Below are positions 26,038 to 39,497 of a stretch of 64,000 nt of DNA, piece after piece. This stretch comes from Octopus vulgaris (taxonomy: Eukaryota): NCBI GenBank assembly GCA_951406725.2, contig OX597817.1, forward strand, positions 126,976,001 to 127,040,000. The letters are read 5' to 3'. Each line of letters opens with the position of its first letter. Within the stretch, counting starts at the first letter, position 1. The notes under the pieces were generated by a model. The model was not told where the DNA came from, did no database searches, and saw only the letters and a program-made list of their open reading frames with translations. Both the position numbers and the translations under genes were made by a program.

Positions 26038-26862
26038 GAGAAAAGAGGAAGAGCAACAAGAACCACAAAGACAACAGCAGCAATATCAACAAGAATTTAT
26101 TGAAATTCCGCATCTCATAAATTATATTTGTATTTTCGTGCATGAATTTGTATTTTGCATAGCATTTTCTCATCATTTTAAGTATTATGTTTCAATATTT
26201 GTCTTACCTCATTGTTTATGTTTGTTGCAAATTCAAATCTGGTAAACTAACCGCCATGTCAATTTCTTAGTGATTAATGAATCCCATGGTTGGAAACAAC
26301 GGTTCGCTGTAAGGTTTAATGTGTTTCATTAGTAATTAATGAAATATATCATAAAATGCATTTTGTCCCATTTGCACAAAGAAAGTTGCTGTATTTATCT
26401 ATGAGTTTTGAAAGAGGCTTCTTACAAAATATTGTACGTTATAAAATAATTTTACCGAATGACGATATAAATTCATATGAATACAAATTCATATAAATTC
26501 AATACTCAAATTCACACTATAAAACTGCAAGACGAGCAAATGATAACTGATAACGTCATTACCACAGCCAAACAGCAATTGACAGAGATATGGATGGTAG
26601 ACAGTTCGAAATGAAAAAAATTGCAGTCAGAAAGCAACGTTTGATGTATGGTTTCTTTTAAAATTGCTCAAATGCATATGTATGTGTTTGTAGACGGCAC
26701 ATCATAAAGAGCGGAAGATATATCTAATATTTCTTTGACTGGGTAAGCCTTAAAACTTTTATTAATATCGTAATATTTTAAAATTAATATTTAAGAGTGT
26801 CTTTACACTTCTGTACTGAAATTTTATCTGAATAAAACGGCTGAAAGAGACTGAAAGATAAA

Positions 26863-27207
<345 letters not shown>

Positions 27208-27597
27208 TCACAATGTATCAGTCAGATGATCTCTGATGTTCACCGTTTTAATGTTTTGAATTAGAAATAGGTCAACATACATGACAAATTTGCCTACCGA
27301 GGTTGTCATAACCTCTTAAAAATTATTGAACAGCTCCCTTTCGTGGTAAATCTGAGATTGTCAAGATAAACATCTTCATTCGATTGTTATAATTAGATGG
27401 AACTAAATTCTCATCTCTATTTTCCGAGTTCAAAAGAAATCGGATTACATTCTAGGCAACATTATAAGGCAACATAATATGTTTAATTGTATTGATAATT
27501 AATAATTAATAATTAATTCAGAGTTGATTATTATCTGTAAGTTACATCCCTGCTTTCTTCAACTCAGTAACATTCCATTCAACCATCATTGAGTAAA

Positions 27598-27659
<62 letters not shown>

Positions 27660-29282
27660 TTTTATATGTTTCGTTTAATAGCTCATCATCAATATTATCA
27701 GTTTTACACCTTGTTGTCCCTAATGTTTTAGTTTTAATACCTTTTCTGAATTTCAAGCTATTATCTATCTGATTATTTTGTTATACTATACTTAAACACA
27801 TGAATTATCTTTCTATTGTCAACTAGGATTACTGAAGTTCTTTTTAGTTCTTTCGTGCTCATATACTTCACCAAGTTAGGTAATAGAATACCTAATCAAT
27901 TACAATTACATTAGTAATGGAAAAGATAACGAAGGCGGTAATTATTATCAAGAAATTTGTTAAGGTGTAAAAACTGCAAAATAAGTGTGGAAAGTATACT
28001 CGGGGGCATAGTAATGGGAGTGATGTTTGATCATTGTGAAATTCAACATTATTAGACCTCACCAGGGAAGCATAATTTTATATATAATTACAACGGAACG
28101 CGGGAGTGAATAACCGGATTTAGTTTAAAATTTAATATTCTCTGCATAATAAATCCAGAAATGACGTGAAGAAATTTCCAGGTTTGAAATATATGGTTAT
28201 AGTGCTATAATCATTGTCTTGAACCACAAATATTTCATTAAGTAATATCTGTTTGAATGTTTGTGGCTTCCCGGTTGTCCATTGCTATAGAAAACACCCT
28301 TTGACTATTTCATACATTGTAATAAATTTGGAAATCACATAAATTCTCCACGAAAGAATTGTACGGTTTTCATTTTCTATCCTCATGACAACCAAATAAT
28401 TGACACCTAATAATTCACTTCAGTTTTATACTTTACCAAATCGTTATTTCTAATTATTTAAAACCACGATGGTTTTAGATTTATTGCAATGGTAATTAAC
28501 AATTAATTATTAACCGCTATCTGCTGGTGGTTATCAATTTTGAAAGCACACTTCTATTTAAATATACATTATTTTGGTTGATTAGCTACCGTTATTCATA
28601 TTTATTAATATTATCTTAGTAGCTTTATTGAAATTTGAATTGAAAAGAAGTATGGCAAACAGGTAAAATAATATCAAACGTTTGCAAGTAGCAAGCAGGA
28701 GAATATTTTTGGATACACCAGTATTAAATTAAATATAATTATGACGCAGCTGGTTTTCTTTGTGAGGATTGTACGTGAGTGTTAGTCTTTTATACTATTG
28801 CATACCAGTGAGTCATACCATTTCTGCATTTATGCCAAGATATATTAATCTCCTTGTGTGAATTGCTGTTATAACGAATTTATTCATATCTGGCATATAT
28901 CCAAGTAAGTGATTCGTATCACCACATTTGTTTACATATCATTTATTGCACATGATCCTACATACAATGTTTATAATGTAGCAATTCGGTGACACAAAAA
29001 AAAACATTATGCAATATAAAACCCGGCACATCGATACACAACTTAGGCTAAACATTGACGTATTTCATGGTCGTCGACTACAAGACGATTAATTCGGCTT
29101 CCACTCTTTCTCTTTCCATTCTATGTATAAATTGTTTAAGTTACGCAAAAATGAAATTAACATCTCATTTCAACAGATATATTTACCAAAATTACATAGA
29201 AATATCTTCAAATACTACTTTGATAACTTTGATAGGTTTCGGCAAGTATAGGCCCAGGCCACTTCTAAATTAATAACACCAC

Positions 29283-30459
29283 TTACTAAAGAGTAAATTT
29301 ATACAATAAAATCGCCACTGAGTTCAACCAAGACCTCCAGGCGACTTCGCAATATCCTGCAACTCTTCTGGAAGGTCACCTTGTTTAAGTTGGTGAATGT
29401 TGTCATAATCCTTGCCTTCAGTTCATCTTTGCTGTTGCAAGGATTTTTGTTGGTCTCACGCTCAACGGCGCCCCACATGTAATAATGAAGGTGGGTGGAG
29501 CCTAGTGATTTAGATGACCAGATGTAAAGGATGATAAGGTCGCAGAAATTGTCTGACAGCCATGACTGGACTCTCCTGCTCATGTGGCATGGTGCAGTGT
29601 CCTGTTGCCTAATATAGGGTCTCCCACAAGCCACCCTATTGACCTAGGGCAGCACCATCTCCTCTGGGCACTTGATGTAGGCCTCCGTGTTGAGTGTGAG
29701 GCTCTGTGGAAAGATGAATAACGTTGCCATCACTAGTGATTACTCCAAACACCATGATATTGACTAGATGTTCTATTTTTATCATTCTCGGTACATGTTT
29801 TGGGGTCGCGGCAAACCAACAGTTGTTGAATGTTCACTATCTGATCCTGGCAGAAATTTTTCTCGTCTGAGAAAAACCAAAGCATGTTTGGTTGGAGGGG
29901 ATGCATGAGTTTATTCAAAAATTTCGTAACGTGGTCTTTTCTCTTGTCTCTGATGACTTAGAATAAAAATTGACCCGTTCTCATGTATGAGGAATACCGA
30001 ATATCTTCATTTACTACCTGCCTGATACAAAACTCAGACACTCCCATGTCCCAGGAGGTGAGCCTGATTGACTTGGAGGGAACGTTATCAATCATGGTTT
30101 GGATCTCATCAACAAATTCAGGAGTTCTTTTCTTACCAGAATGATCAGACTGAGATTTCCGAGCACCCGAACTTTCGTAATCGCTATTAGACTCATTCAA
30201 CGCTTTACAATTCATCTGCACTGTCCTCAGGTTGACAACCAAAAACTCTGAACCGTTCGCATTGGCAATTCCGGCGCAAATGCCAAGCAGTAGGGCAAGT
30301 CGTTTCCAAATTTATGGTGGAATGAATTGCGTCATGGTGCTGATTTTCTCACAGACTGTGCCCAGCTGTCCCTACTATACAGTGTGGTCGACAAAATCAA
30401 AAACATACAATGCATGAACTTAAAACTATAAATGAGCACACGTTACCCATCGCAAACTG
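29283..30459 (-). mobile_element. Decayed Tc1/mariner transposon, DD37D (maT) family
   Basis: Frameshifted ORFs give WFFSDEKNFCQDQ, QQDTAPCH and YYMWGAVERETNK. The third catalytic position (now H) is separated from the second D by 37 residues. Right end ...cgcaaactg|TA. Confidence 0.85.
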
Positions 30460-30542
30460 TATACACACACACACACACATATATATGCATGTATATACAT
30501 GCATGTATGTATGTATGTATATAACCGTATGTATGTATATAA

Positions 30543-30835
30543 CCGTGATCACCGTGACCGACCAGGTTATCAGATGTTGCTACACATCACTGGTCACAAT
30601 GCGCTTCGCATTGTTTTAGTCTTCAAATGACGCCACCCCGCTGGCTAAGCGAGCAGGCCAACAGAAGAAAGAGTGAGAGAAAGTTGTGGTGAAAGAGTAT
30701 AGCAGGGTTCACCACCACTCCCTGCCGGAGCCTCGTGGAGCTTTAGATGTTTTCGCTCAATTAACACTCACAACGCCCGATCTGGGAATCAAAACCGCGA
30801 GTCCACTGCCCTAACCACTGGGCCATTGCGCCTCC
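30543..30835 (-). mobile_element. tRNA-derived SINE (family B), near full length
   Basis: Minus-strand head ggaggcgcaatggcccagtggttagggcagtggac...gattcccagatc (A/B-box-like), GC-rich body, short repeated tail cacggtgatcacgg. Confidence 0.8.
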
Positions 30836-31455
<620 letters not shown>

Positions 31456-31987
31456 AACGTATATCTGTGTAAATATATAAATATATATGTGTATGTATGT
31501 AAATGGAATTGTCTTTCTCCTTCCTTAATTATTCTACATAATTTTAATATACTTGCTTTATTGATTGATTGGCATATTTATTCAGTAAATTCACTTCATG
31601 ATAGGGGAGGAAAGGATATATGATTACAAGCGGATGAATTGTAATTTAGTTCGATGTGGCAGACATCTATTAAATAAATCTAGGTAATGAAAGTAGTATG
31701 AGGTTACGAAATGAAGCCTGAACTGTTGTGGGAAGACGACATAATGACCCTTGGGAAGACACTAAACATTAAGTGTACTCTAGTAGTAATAACATTCATT
31801 GGTTACATTTTGTTACCCTCGGGTTTCCTAATATTACCAATATTGAAACTGGATCATTAGGATCTACTTTTACGTACACTTATAATCACCTTATACTGAT
31901 GATTTTAATTTTATATAATTTACAATTTAATAATATTAATTGATTCGCATTTTACATTATGTGATATCATTATAATGAAGACGCACA

Positions 31988-32185
31988 AAGCGGCGAGCTG
32001 GGAGAATCTTTGGCACTCTGGACGAAATGCTTAGCGGTGTTTCACCCGTCGCTACGTTCTGAGTTCAAATTCCGCCGAGCTCGACTTACATCTCCTCCTT
32101 TCGGAAACATTCATTTAAGTACCAGTGAAACACTAGTAGCCTCTCCACAAATTTAAGACTTTGTGCATTTAGTGGAAAGGATTGT
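31988..32185 (+). mobile_element. tRNA-derived SINE (family A)
   Basis: gcggcgagctgggagaatc...gcttagcggtgtttc...ctgagttcaaattccgccgag: clear A/B-box-like head. Confidence 0.85.
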
Positions 32186-32247
32186 AGAGAATGCGTATGG
32201 CTCAGTGGTCTGTGAGTCGGGCTCACAATGCTGAGGAAGTCAGTTCG

Positions 32248-32375
<128 letters not shown>

Positions 32376-32479
32376 TGCCCCTGCTTAGAATCGAATTCGG
32401 AATGTCGGGGCTAGTAGCCCGCGCTCTTAACCACTACGCCATATGCCTGTGTCGTAGTGGTTAAGAGCGCGGGCTACTG

Positions 32480-33411
32480 GTGTCGTTCTCAATTGTACTC
32501 CACACATAGTAATCCCTGGAATACAATCAGGGGAGTTAGGAGGCAAAAACTTGGGACTGGTGAAGTCGTAGAAATTCTCAGACAGCCATATCTGTCTCTT
32601 TTCGCAGGCATGGCAAGGAGCCGAATCCTGCCGCCAAACACATATCCCCTTCAGCTTCACATAGCCGTGACAAATTCAGCCTAACGCCCTGTTTGGGGAT
32701 GGAAGGTAGAATGACATTACCCTGACTAGTGACACAACCAAAACCTATCGCAGTTTGGGGAATATTGGTTTTCATGAAACGTGGGACAGTACATCGCATG
32801 GATAGCAGATAAACCACCTACTCATCAGAGTAATATGCAACTCGTCCTGGCAGAAATTCTTTTCATCTGAGAACCACTTTTCCCGATTCAAGTTATGGCT
32901 CTCTTCTTCTGTAGCTTCTTTACATTTTTCAAGTGGCTCTCATTGGGATTGGCTCTCAGAAGTTTTCACATGGCACCTCCTGCACGAGTTTTGACGATGT
33001 TCGTTATTCGGGATCAGCTTGAAACTGGCGACTGTAACACACCTCGCTCTGGGCAAAACCCAGAGTCTCTTGCTCGGATCTTCCATTACTTTACTTCGTC
33101 CTGCCATTATTCGATGAATTCTGACATGTGAACACAGTAAAAACACTTGTTTTATCCCTCCTGCTGGTCACAGCATTTTAGTCTATGTTACGGCTGTCTA
33201 TCGTATTACTGTCTATGTCACATCTTACAGCCTTTAAATATTCACAGAGTAGTCACGATACAGGTAACTGTTTTCCAATACTCAGTTTAGTTTCCAGATC
33301 TCTATAACAGCTACTTTTTTCTCAACGCCATTCACTGTCCATCGACTAATACATCAAGCTCTTCCTTACAAAAGGAAGCATAAAACTCGTCAAATTTGGT
33401 CCGAACATCCT
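32480..33411 (-). mobile_element. Second decayed DD37D (maT) transposon
   Basis: Fragments KWFSDEKNFCQDE and WRQDSAPCH...LPPNSPDC followed by frameshifted DYYVW (37-residue spacing); right end ccgaacatcctg|TA. Confidence 0.85.
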
Positions 33412-33426
33412 GTAACTACGCATGTA

Positions 33427-34206
33427 CGAGGGGTTCCCCAAAAGAAACAGAAATTTTGCAATATTATTTTCTTCACGTAGTTTTACATGTTTACACTTTT
33501 ATCGCCTTCAAAATATTCACCGTTCGAAGCATTGCATCGGTCCAGATGTTTTTTCCACTGTTTGAAGCAGTTCCGGACCTCCTGCAAAGTGATGCTTTTT
33601 AACGCTTTCGTATTTTTTTTATCCTCTTCCACATGTGCAAATCGTTTTCCTTTGAGAAAGTTTTTCATTCGAGGCAAAGAAAGACATGCCACAGGGAGCA
33701 AGATCGGGGGAATAGGGATGTTGGGTAAGCTAGTTCTTGCCATTTTTAATCAAAAACTATGCCACACTCAATGTGGTGTGCGCTGGCGCATTGTCGTGAT
33801 GAAACCACCGCACTTCACTTTGCCACTGGTCGGGGCATTTTCATCTCACTGCGTCTCGCAAGTACTTTAGAACCGCCAAGTAAAATGTCTGGTTAACAGT
33901 TTGGCCAGGAGGAACAACTTCTCTGTGGACAATTCTTTCGCATCGTTGAAACAAATCCGTATCGTCTTCATATTGGGCTAGCCTTGATGCGCTTTTTCGG
34001 TGCATGTTGACATTGAATGTTTTCATTGACAGGATTTCCTCTTCGTTTCTGGGTCGTAACCATAACGCAGCGATGAAAGAAGGACTGAATCAACAACCAA
34101 CTGTTCTTTCAGTTCACGATGCGCATTCAGATGCATCAAGTGGCTGAGCTACAACGCACTTGTGCCTCAGAGAACTTTTCCGGTTACTTTTGGGAACCTC
34201 CTTACG
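33427..34206 (-). mobile_element. Internally deleted mariner (DD34D-type) element with both TIRs
   Basis: ORFs give IVHREVVPPGQTVNQTFY and LKGKRFAHVEE...CFKQWKKHLDRCNASNGEYFEGD. Imperfect TIRs TA|cgaggggttccccaaaagaaac ... gttacttttgggaacctccttacg|TA. Confidence 0.88.
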
Positions 34207-34272
34207 TAAGTTTTAACTATGTATATATAATTACTGTCACACGTACACACACACGCATATATATGTATACAC

Positions 34273-34315
<43 letters not shown>

Positions 34316-34952
34316 TGTGTGTGCGTTCGTGTGTGTGCTTGTAAGATCATGTTTGTACATGTGTACATATCTATTAAATTGTATGTGCGTATGCGTAAGG
34401 GTGCTTTGATTTCTATATACAACCGGTCAAAAATCACATCTATACGTACATTTACGCATCCATGCTTTTATCCTTTGATGTATGTAAGCGTAACTGCAAT
34501 ACATAGAATTTGTCGGTCTCTATGAAGACAATTCTCTTGTGCGATCAGTAAATCTATATGATTCTTGAATATCCATTCATGAACCTGAATAATCGACAGA
34601 AATGAGTGACCTTAAGTAATCTTCAAGTTGATACAATATGTCATAAACCTGGATGTTGTAATTACAGTTAAAAATTTCAACAAACAGAATTGTGCACAAT
34701 ACCCGCCTACACTTTCCTCAGTCATAATCTCGGATAAATTGAGATTATTGTAGATGCCAAAGAATAGAATTCTATTCAGCATATATTTCTTCCAAGTAAC
34801 ATTATCATCTATTGAACGATGTTGTGCTTGTAGTTAGAAATATATATCCCCCACTCTTAGTTCATATACACTGACATACGCACTGATATACATACATATA
34901 TGCATGCATAAATAAGTGCTTACATACACACACACACGCACACACTCATATA

Positions 34953-34983
<31 letters not shown>

Positions 34984-35867
34984 CTTTATATATATAGTAG
35001 AGACAGGTATTCTCTGTATAGAATACACTTCGAAGTGTTCAAGAGATTTGAATTTCTGGAGCTAGAGGAAGAAGTGTAAGGACAAACAAATTAGTCAAGT
35101 CGATCTACAAAAAATGTTAAATACATTTAATGCAAAGAATGTTCATATGTATACATATAAAAGAAATCCGACTTACACAGAATGGAAATGATATGAGGGA
35201 TTAAGGGGGTTGAGTAGGGATTTACGAGTCCAACAGATGTGGTTTCTGAGGTCTTGGTTGTCCAAAAGAAAGCTTGCAACTTGATTCCACCATCGGATAC
35301 CACCGTCCACCGTCTAACAGGGAATAATTTTACATATGATATGTTGACAGAATGGAGATTAAAGATTAAATCTTTTCATTCTGTTAACACAGGAAACAAA
35401 CATGCCTATGGACTGAGCTGAACCCATTTATGGTTTAAAAGACGTTCAGAAATGTTTTTCATTAGTATATATCTAAATGGACTGTGCAGCAATTTTTGTT
35501 TTAGATATAGTATTTGAAGAAATGGGCACTAAAATTTTCAATAATAATGTCGTAAAATTTATGCGAAGATTTTGTGACTGAAGCGGGAAAATAAATTAAA
35601 ATGTTATTTATGTAAACGTATGTCTATCGAGGAGACGTACAAATATATCAAATTTATCACCTTATCCGCATAGAGAAAATATGATGAAATACCTTAATAG
35701 ATTGTTCACCCTTATAGTTGTCTCATTAGAGCTGTTTACATTACTCGATTAAGCAATCCAGCTAAACCCATCGCCAATCTGTTTATATAAACATCAAAAG
35801 TTGTATCCTCAGAAAAAATCAACAATTAATTTACATACCTTATGTTTTTAACACTTTATTTTATATC

Positions 35868-36061
35868 CGTTCTTCTAAAAGCACAAGGCTTTAAATTTTA
35901 GGGCAGGGGACATTGTCCCCTCCCCAGTGTTTCACAAATGCTTGATTTATCAACCCTGAAACGATGAATGGCAAAGTCGACTTGGGAGGAATTTAAACTC
36001 AGAACAAAAGGGTAGACGAACTGCCGCTAAGAATTTTGCCCGACGTGTTAAAGATTCTGCT
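35868..36061 (-). mobile_element. tRNA-derived SINE (family A)
   Basis: gatgaatggcaaagtcgacttgggaggaatttaaactcagaac...gattctgc is the reverse complement of the family A head and body. Confidence 0.8.
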
Positions 36062-38701
36062 ACAATTTAATATCGGAGGCATATAACTGTGAACCTATTC
36101 AACGCAGTATCAAAGTATTACATCATTATATATAAACCTACATAATAAACATTCACACATGTCACATTTTTCCATAGATTAAAAGATTGATAAGCAGCCT
36201 TATATTTACTACGCATGTTGTAGCATTATCATTTGTAAATAACAAATATATATGAGAAATTTAGTAAAGCATCAAAATTTGGTTCTGATATATAAGTAAA
36301 GTGATATACGTCCACATTACTACACTATAAGCAAATATAAATACCTTGGTATTTAAAAAAAAAACAACTTGTCTCTTAATAGAGACATGGGGGGTACATG
36401 AAGATTCAGAGTCTATTCAAACATTCTCTTACACAAAAGGAGTGGTAAGTAAAAGGAGAGTAATGAAAGGATAATTTTTGTTTTAAAATGTTCCTATTTG
36501 TTAAATTTTATCATAGATTTTTGTCATAATTTCTGGATGCTATAGTTATTATTCGTTAGCAGTATTATAGATTTAAGAAAGCTTTTCTTCGCTTTCATAT
36601 TTCATTAATATTTCATTTTCGCTCTTTTAAAATTATGTTAATTGTAGTATATCTACCACAGAAATATCTCTTGCGTTTAAACATTTTGATCACGTTTTTT
36701 CTGATGCAATCTTTGAATATTTATGTGCTTATATATAAGGTAAATGTTCATTTTCCGCATGAATCACAATGTATTGCATTCTCCCTTCCTATGTACTTTC
36801 ATCTTAGCAGATATTAACATATATATAATATATATATAGATATATATATATATATAGATAGATAGATAGATATATAGTACTTTAATATATGTCTCTATGT
36901 GTGAGAGATTTTGTGTGTTAGTGCATATATGTGCGTGTGCAAGTGTGTATGTCTGTGAGTGTGTTTACGTCAGTGTATGATAGTTTTATTGTTTTTACTA
37001 CACTCCGTATGTAATCTTTTAATATTATTTATACTACTAATACGGCGTTCAATTTTGTTTTCATAAAATGCAGTTATTTAATCGTTGTTATATTTTTAAA
37101 GTGGACTGCTTCATTTATCATATTATGATATGCCAGGCATATTAAACTAATGCATAAATATATCAGTAAATGTCTCTTGATTGTAAACAATCAAGCTGGA
37201 GATTGAAAGGTGTTTCTCTGTCATCGAAAATTGTTTTTCCAATGTGATGAATATATTAAACAAAGTATAAGCATAAATAAGTTGCTAACCCAGTGCGTAA
37301 ACCATTGCCATATTTAATTAAATGAATCACACTACTGAACCCAATTATCAGGTAAAGAAAGGCTCTGTAAATAATCAGTGAAGAAGAAATCGTTACAATC
37401 TTCTCAAATATGGCTGATTAATTCATCTAAAAGCAAACCCGTTCATAAATGATGCTGGGAAAAACAATATTTTCTATAAGCAATGATATAAGTTCAAAAG
37501 AAGAAGTTAATTGATTAATTAAAACTGCAAAAAAGATAATACTTCTACTACCCCATCTATGCTGCAAGATAATTAATAGTCTTAGTTATATGAAATTAAA
37601 TAATCAGAATGAATGTTTATAGACTTAATTATACTTGTTTATAACATGTAAACTTTCCAAATAAATAATCTAAATAAATATACTATTGTTTGATATCATT
37701 AATATTGAGTTTGTTCTATTGTTAAAATTTGGGTCTTTTTTTATTTAGTTTAACTGGAAAGATAGTTAAAATGTTTGGTGATGAGGAGATGAGAAGAGAA
37801 AGGAATTTACTTAATGAAACTTGATAATATATTGATTTATTTTCGTTATTCAAAGTACATATTCTTACAGAAAAAGACTAGCATATACAGAATGAAATAT
37901 TGGTACGATAGAAGTGTCTATTTTTTAATACTGGGGCGATGAAACTTAGCATTTCCTCTTGCGATGTTTGAAGTTGGTGTCAACACTATCAATCAATTAC
38001 GCTTCAATATTTATCGGAGTCTATTAAGATTAAAAGCAACTGATGTAAAATAGATTAAAATAACAAACTAATCAGTTATTATTTTCAACTTTTAATGTAT
38101 TTCCATTCATATTAGTTTTGGTATTAATTACGCTGATACATTTATATAAAAGTTGATGAGAATGAAAAAATTATGGGAAATACGAAATTCAAAATATTTG
38201 CTTATTAAAACAAATTTCTCTGCTGGAAATATAATGCGTCAGCAAGACGGGGTGAAACTGTTTCCGACAACTTAACACATAGTTCATATTGCAGCCCTCA
38301 CTTCAAATATATACTAATGATAAAATGTTAATGCTGATTTATTACTTGAGAGAAACCAAAGAAAAAATTACAATTTGCATGCGGGATTATATACTTCCCT
38401 CTATGCTGAGATTAAATATATCTGAGTCGATACCATATTACTTGTGTAGTTCAGCGACTTAATTGATAGAAACGTACGCCTGCGCTCTGTATTACCTAGC
38501 TACAAGATGTCCAAGGTAATGCCGATATACAAAAGATTCAGAAAATACAAACAATGCAATGCGATAATATTAGTAATTACTGATAACTATGACGAATTTT
38601 ATCTATATAATTCATCATATTTATGCATATTTCCGGAGAGGGGTATATATATATATATATATTGAACATACACACACACACACAAATATATATATATATA
38701 T

Positions 38702-38793
<92 letters not shown>
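38702..38793. repeat. (GATA)n microsatellite within (TA)n
   Basis: ~23 tandem gata units. Confidence 0.95.
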
Positions 38794-38794
<1 letters not shown>

Positions 38795-38797
38795 GAA

Positions 38798-38827
<30 letters not shown>

Positions 38828-38831
<4 letters not shown>

Positions 38832-39497
38832 TTTATAAATAGGGTTCAGCAACGATTTGCTTCACCACATACCGAAGTTTAGAAATAGCAGTTAAAAAAT
38901 CTTAGCTATTCCTTCTACTTTAAAAGGGGCTCCCAGAAAAACCAAAGTACTTGAAAACAATCCACGCAGGCAAAAGGGAGAAACAACGAAAATCATTCTA
39001 TATTAGGTTACCCACGTACGCGCGTTTCGGAATTAGATCGATATAAACCATAAATAATAAATAATTATACCTTACCCGACCATTTCCGGCTCTTCAGCGT
39101 GGGATATCTCAATTATAAATTGTTAAATATTAAATATTAAGGCACTGGAAAACATCTCTTCACATAACGGTATCAGAGGGATCATATTCCGTGCTAGTGC
39201 CGCCAAATTCAAAATACGAATGAGAGTTAATCATCCTCCCCTGCCCACTAGCGTGTCGGCAAACAAGATGCTACAGAGAGAAACTGTAGTTCGATATCTG
39301 GGAGAAGATTTCCATTATCAATAATAACAAAGGGTAAAATTAATTAATTAAGAAGTAATCAGTAATTTCACCAAGTAGAATTCGGCATGAAAAAACCATT
39401 TCATGGTAAGCTTACGTAATACTTTATAAATAGGGTTCAGCAACGATTTGCTTCACCACATACCGAAGTTTAGAAATAGCAGTCAAAAAATCTTAGC
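38828..39497 (-). mobile_element. Hammerhead-containing non-coding element with 79-bp terminal direct repeats (retrozyme / PLE pLTR partial tandem)
   Basis: 38828-38906 equals 39419-39497 at 78/79 (offset 591 bp); internal hammerhead at 39011-39103; starts at the edge of (TA)n; no ORF in the track. Confidence 0.75.
39011..39103 (-). ncRNA. Type I hammerhead ribozyme, catalytic core intact
   Basis: Minus strand: cccacg-CTGAAGA-[gccggaaatggtcg...cgatctaattcc]-GAAA-cgcgcGTA-cgtggg. Perfect 6-bp stem I, palindromic stem III (ACGCGCGT), long bulged stem II. Predicted cut between 39017 and 39016. Confidence 0.85.
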
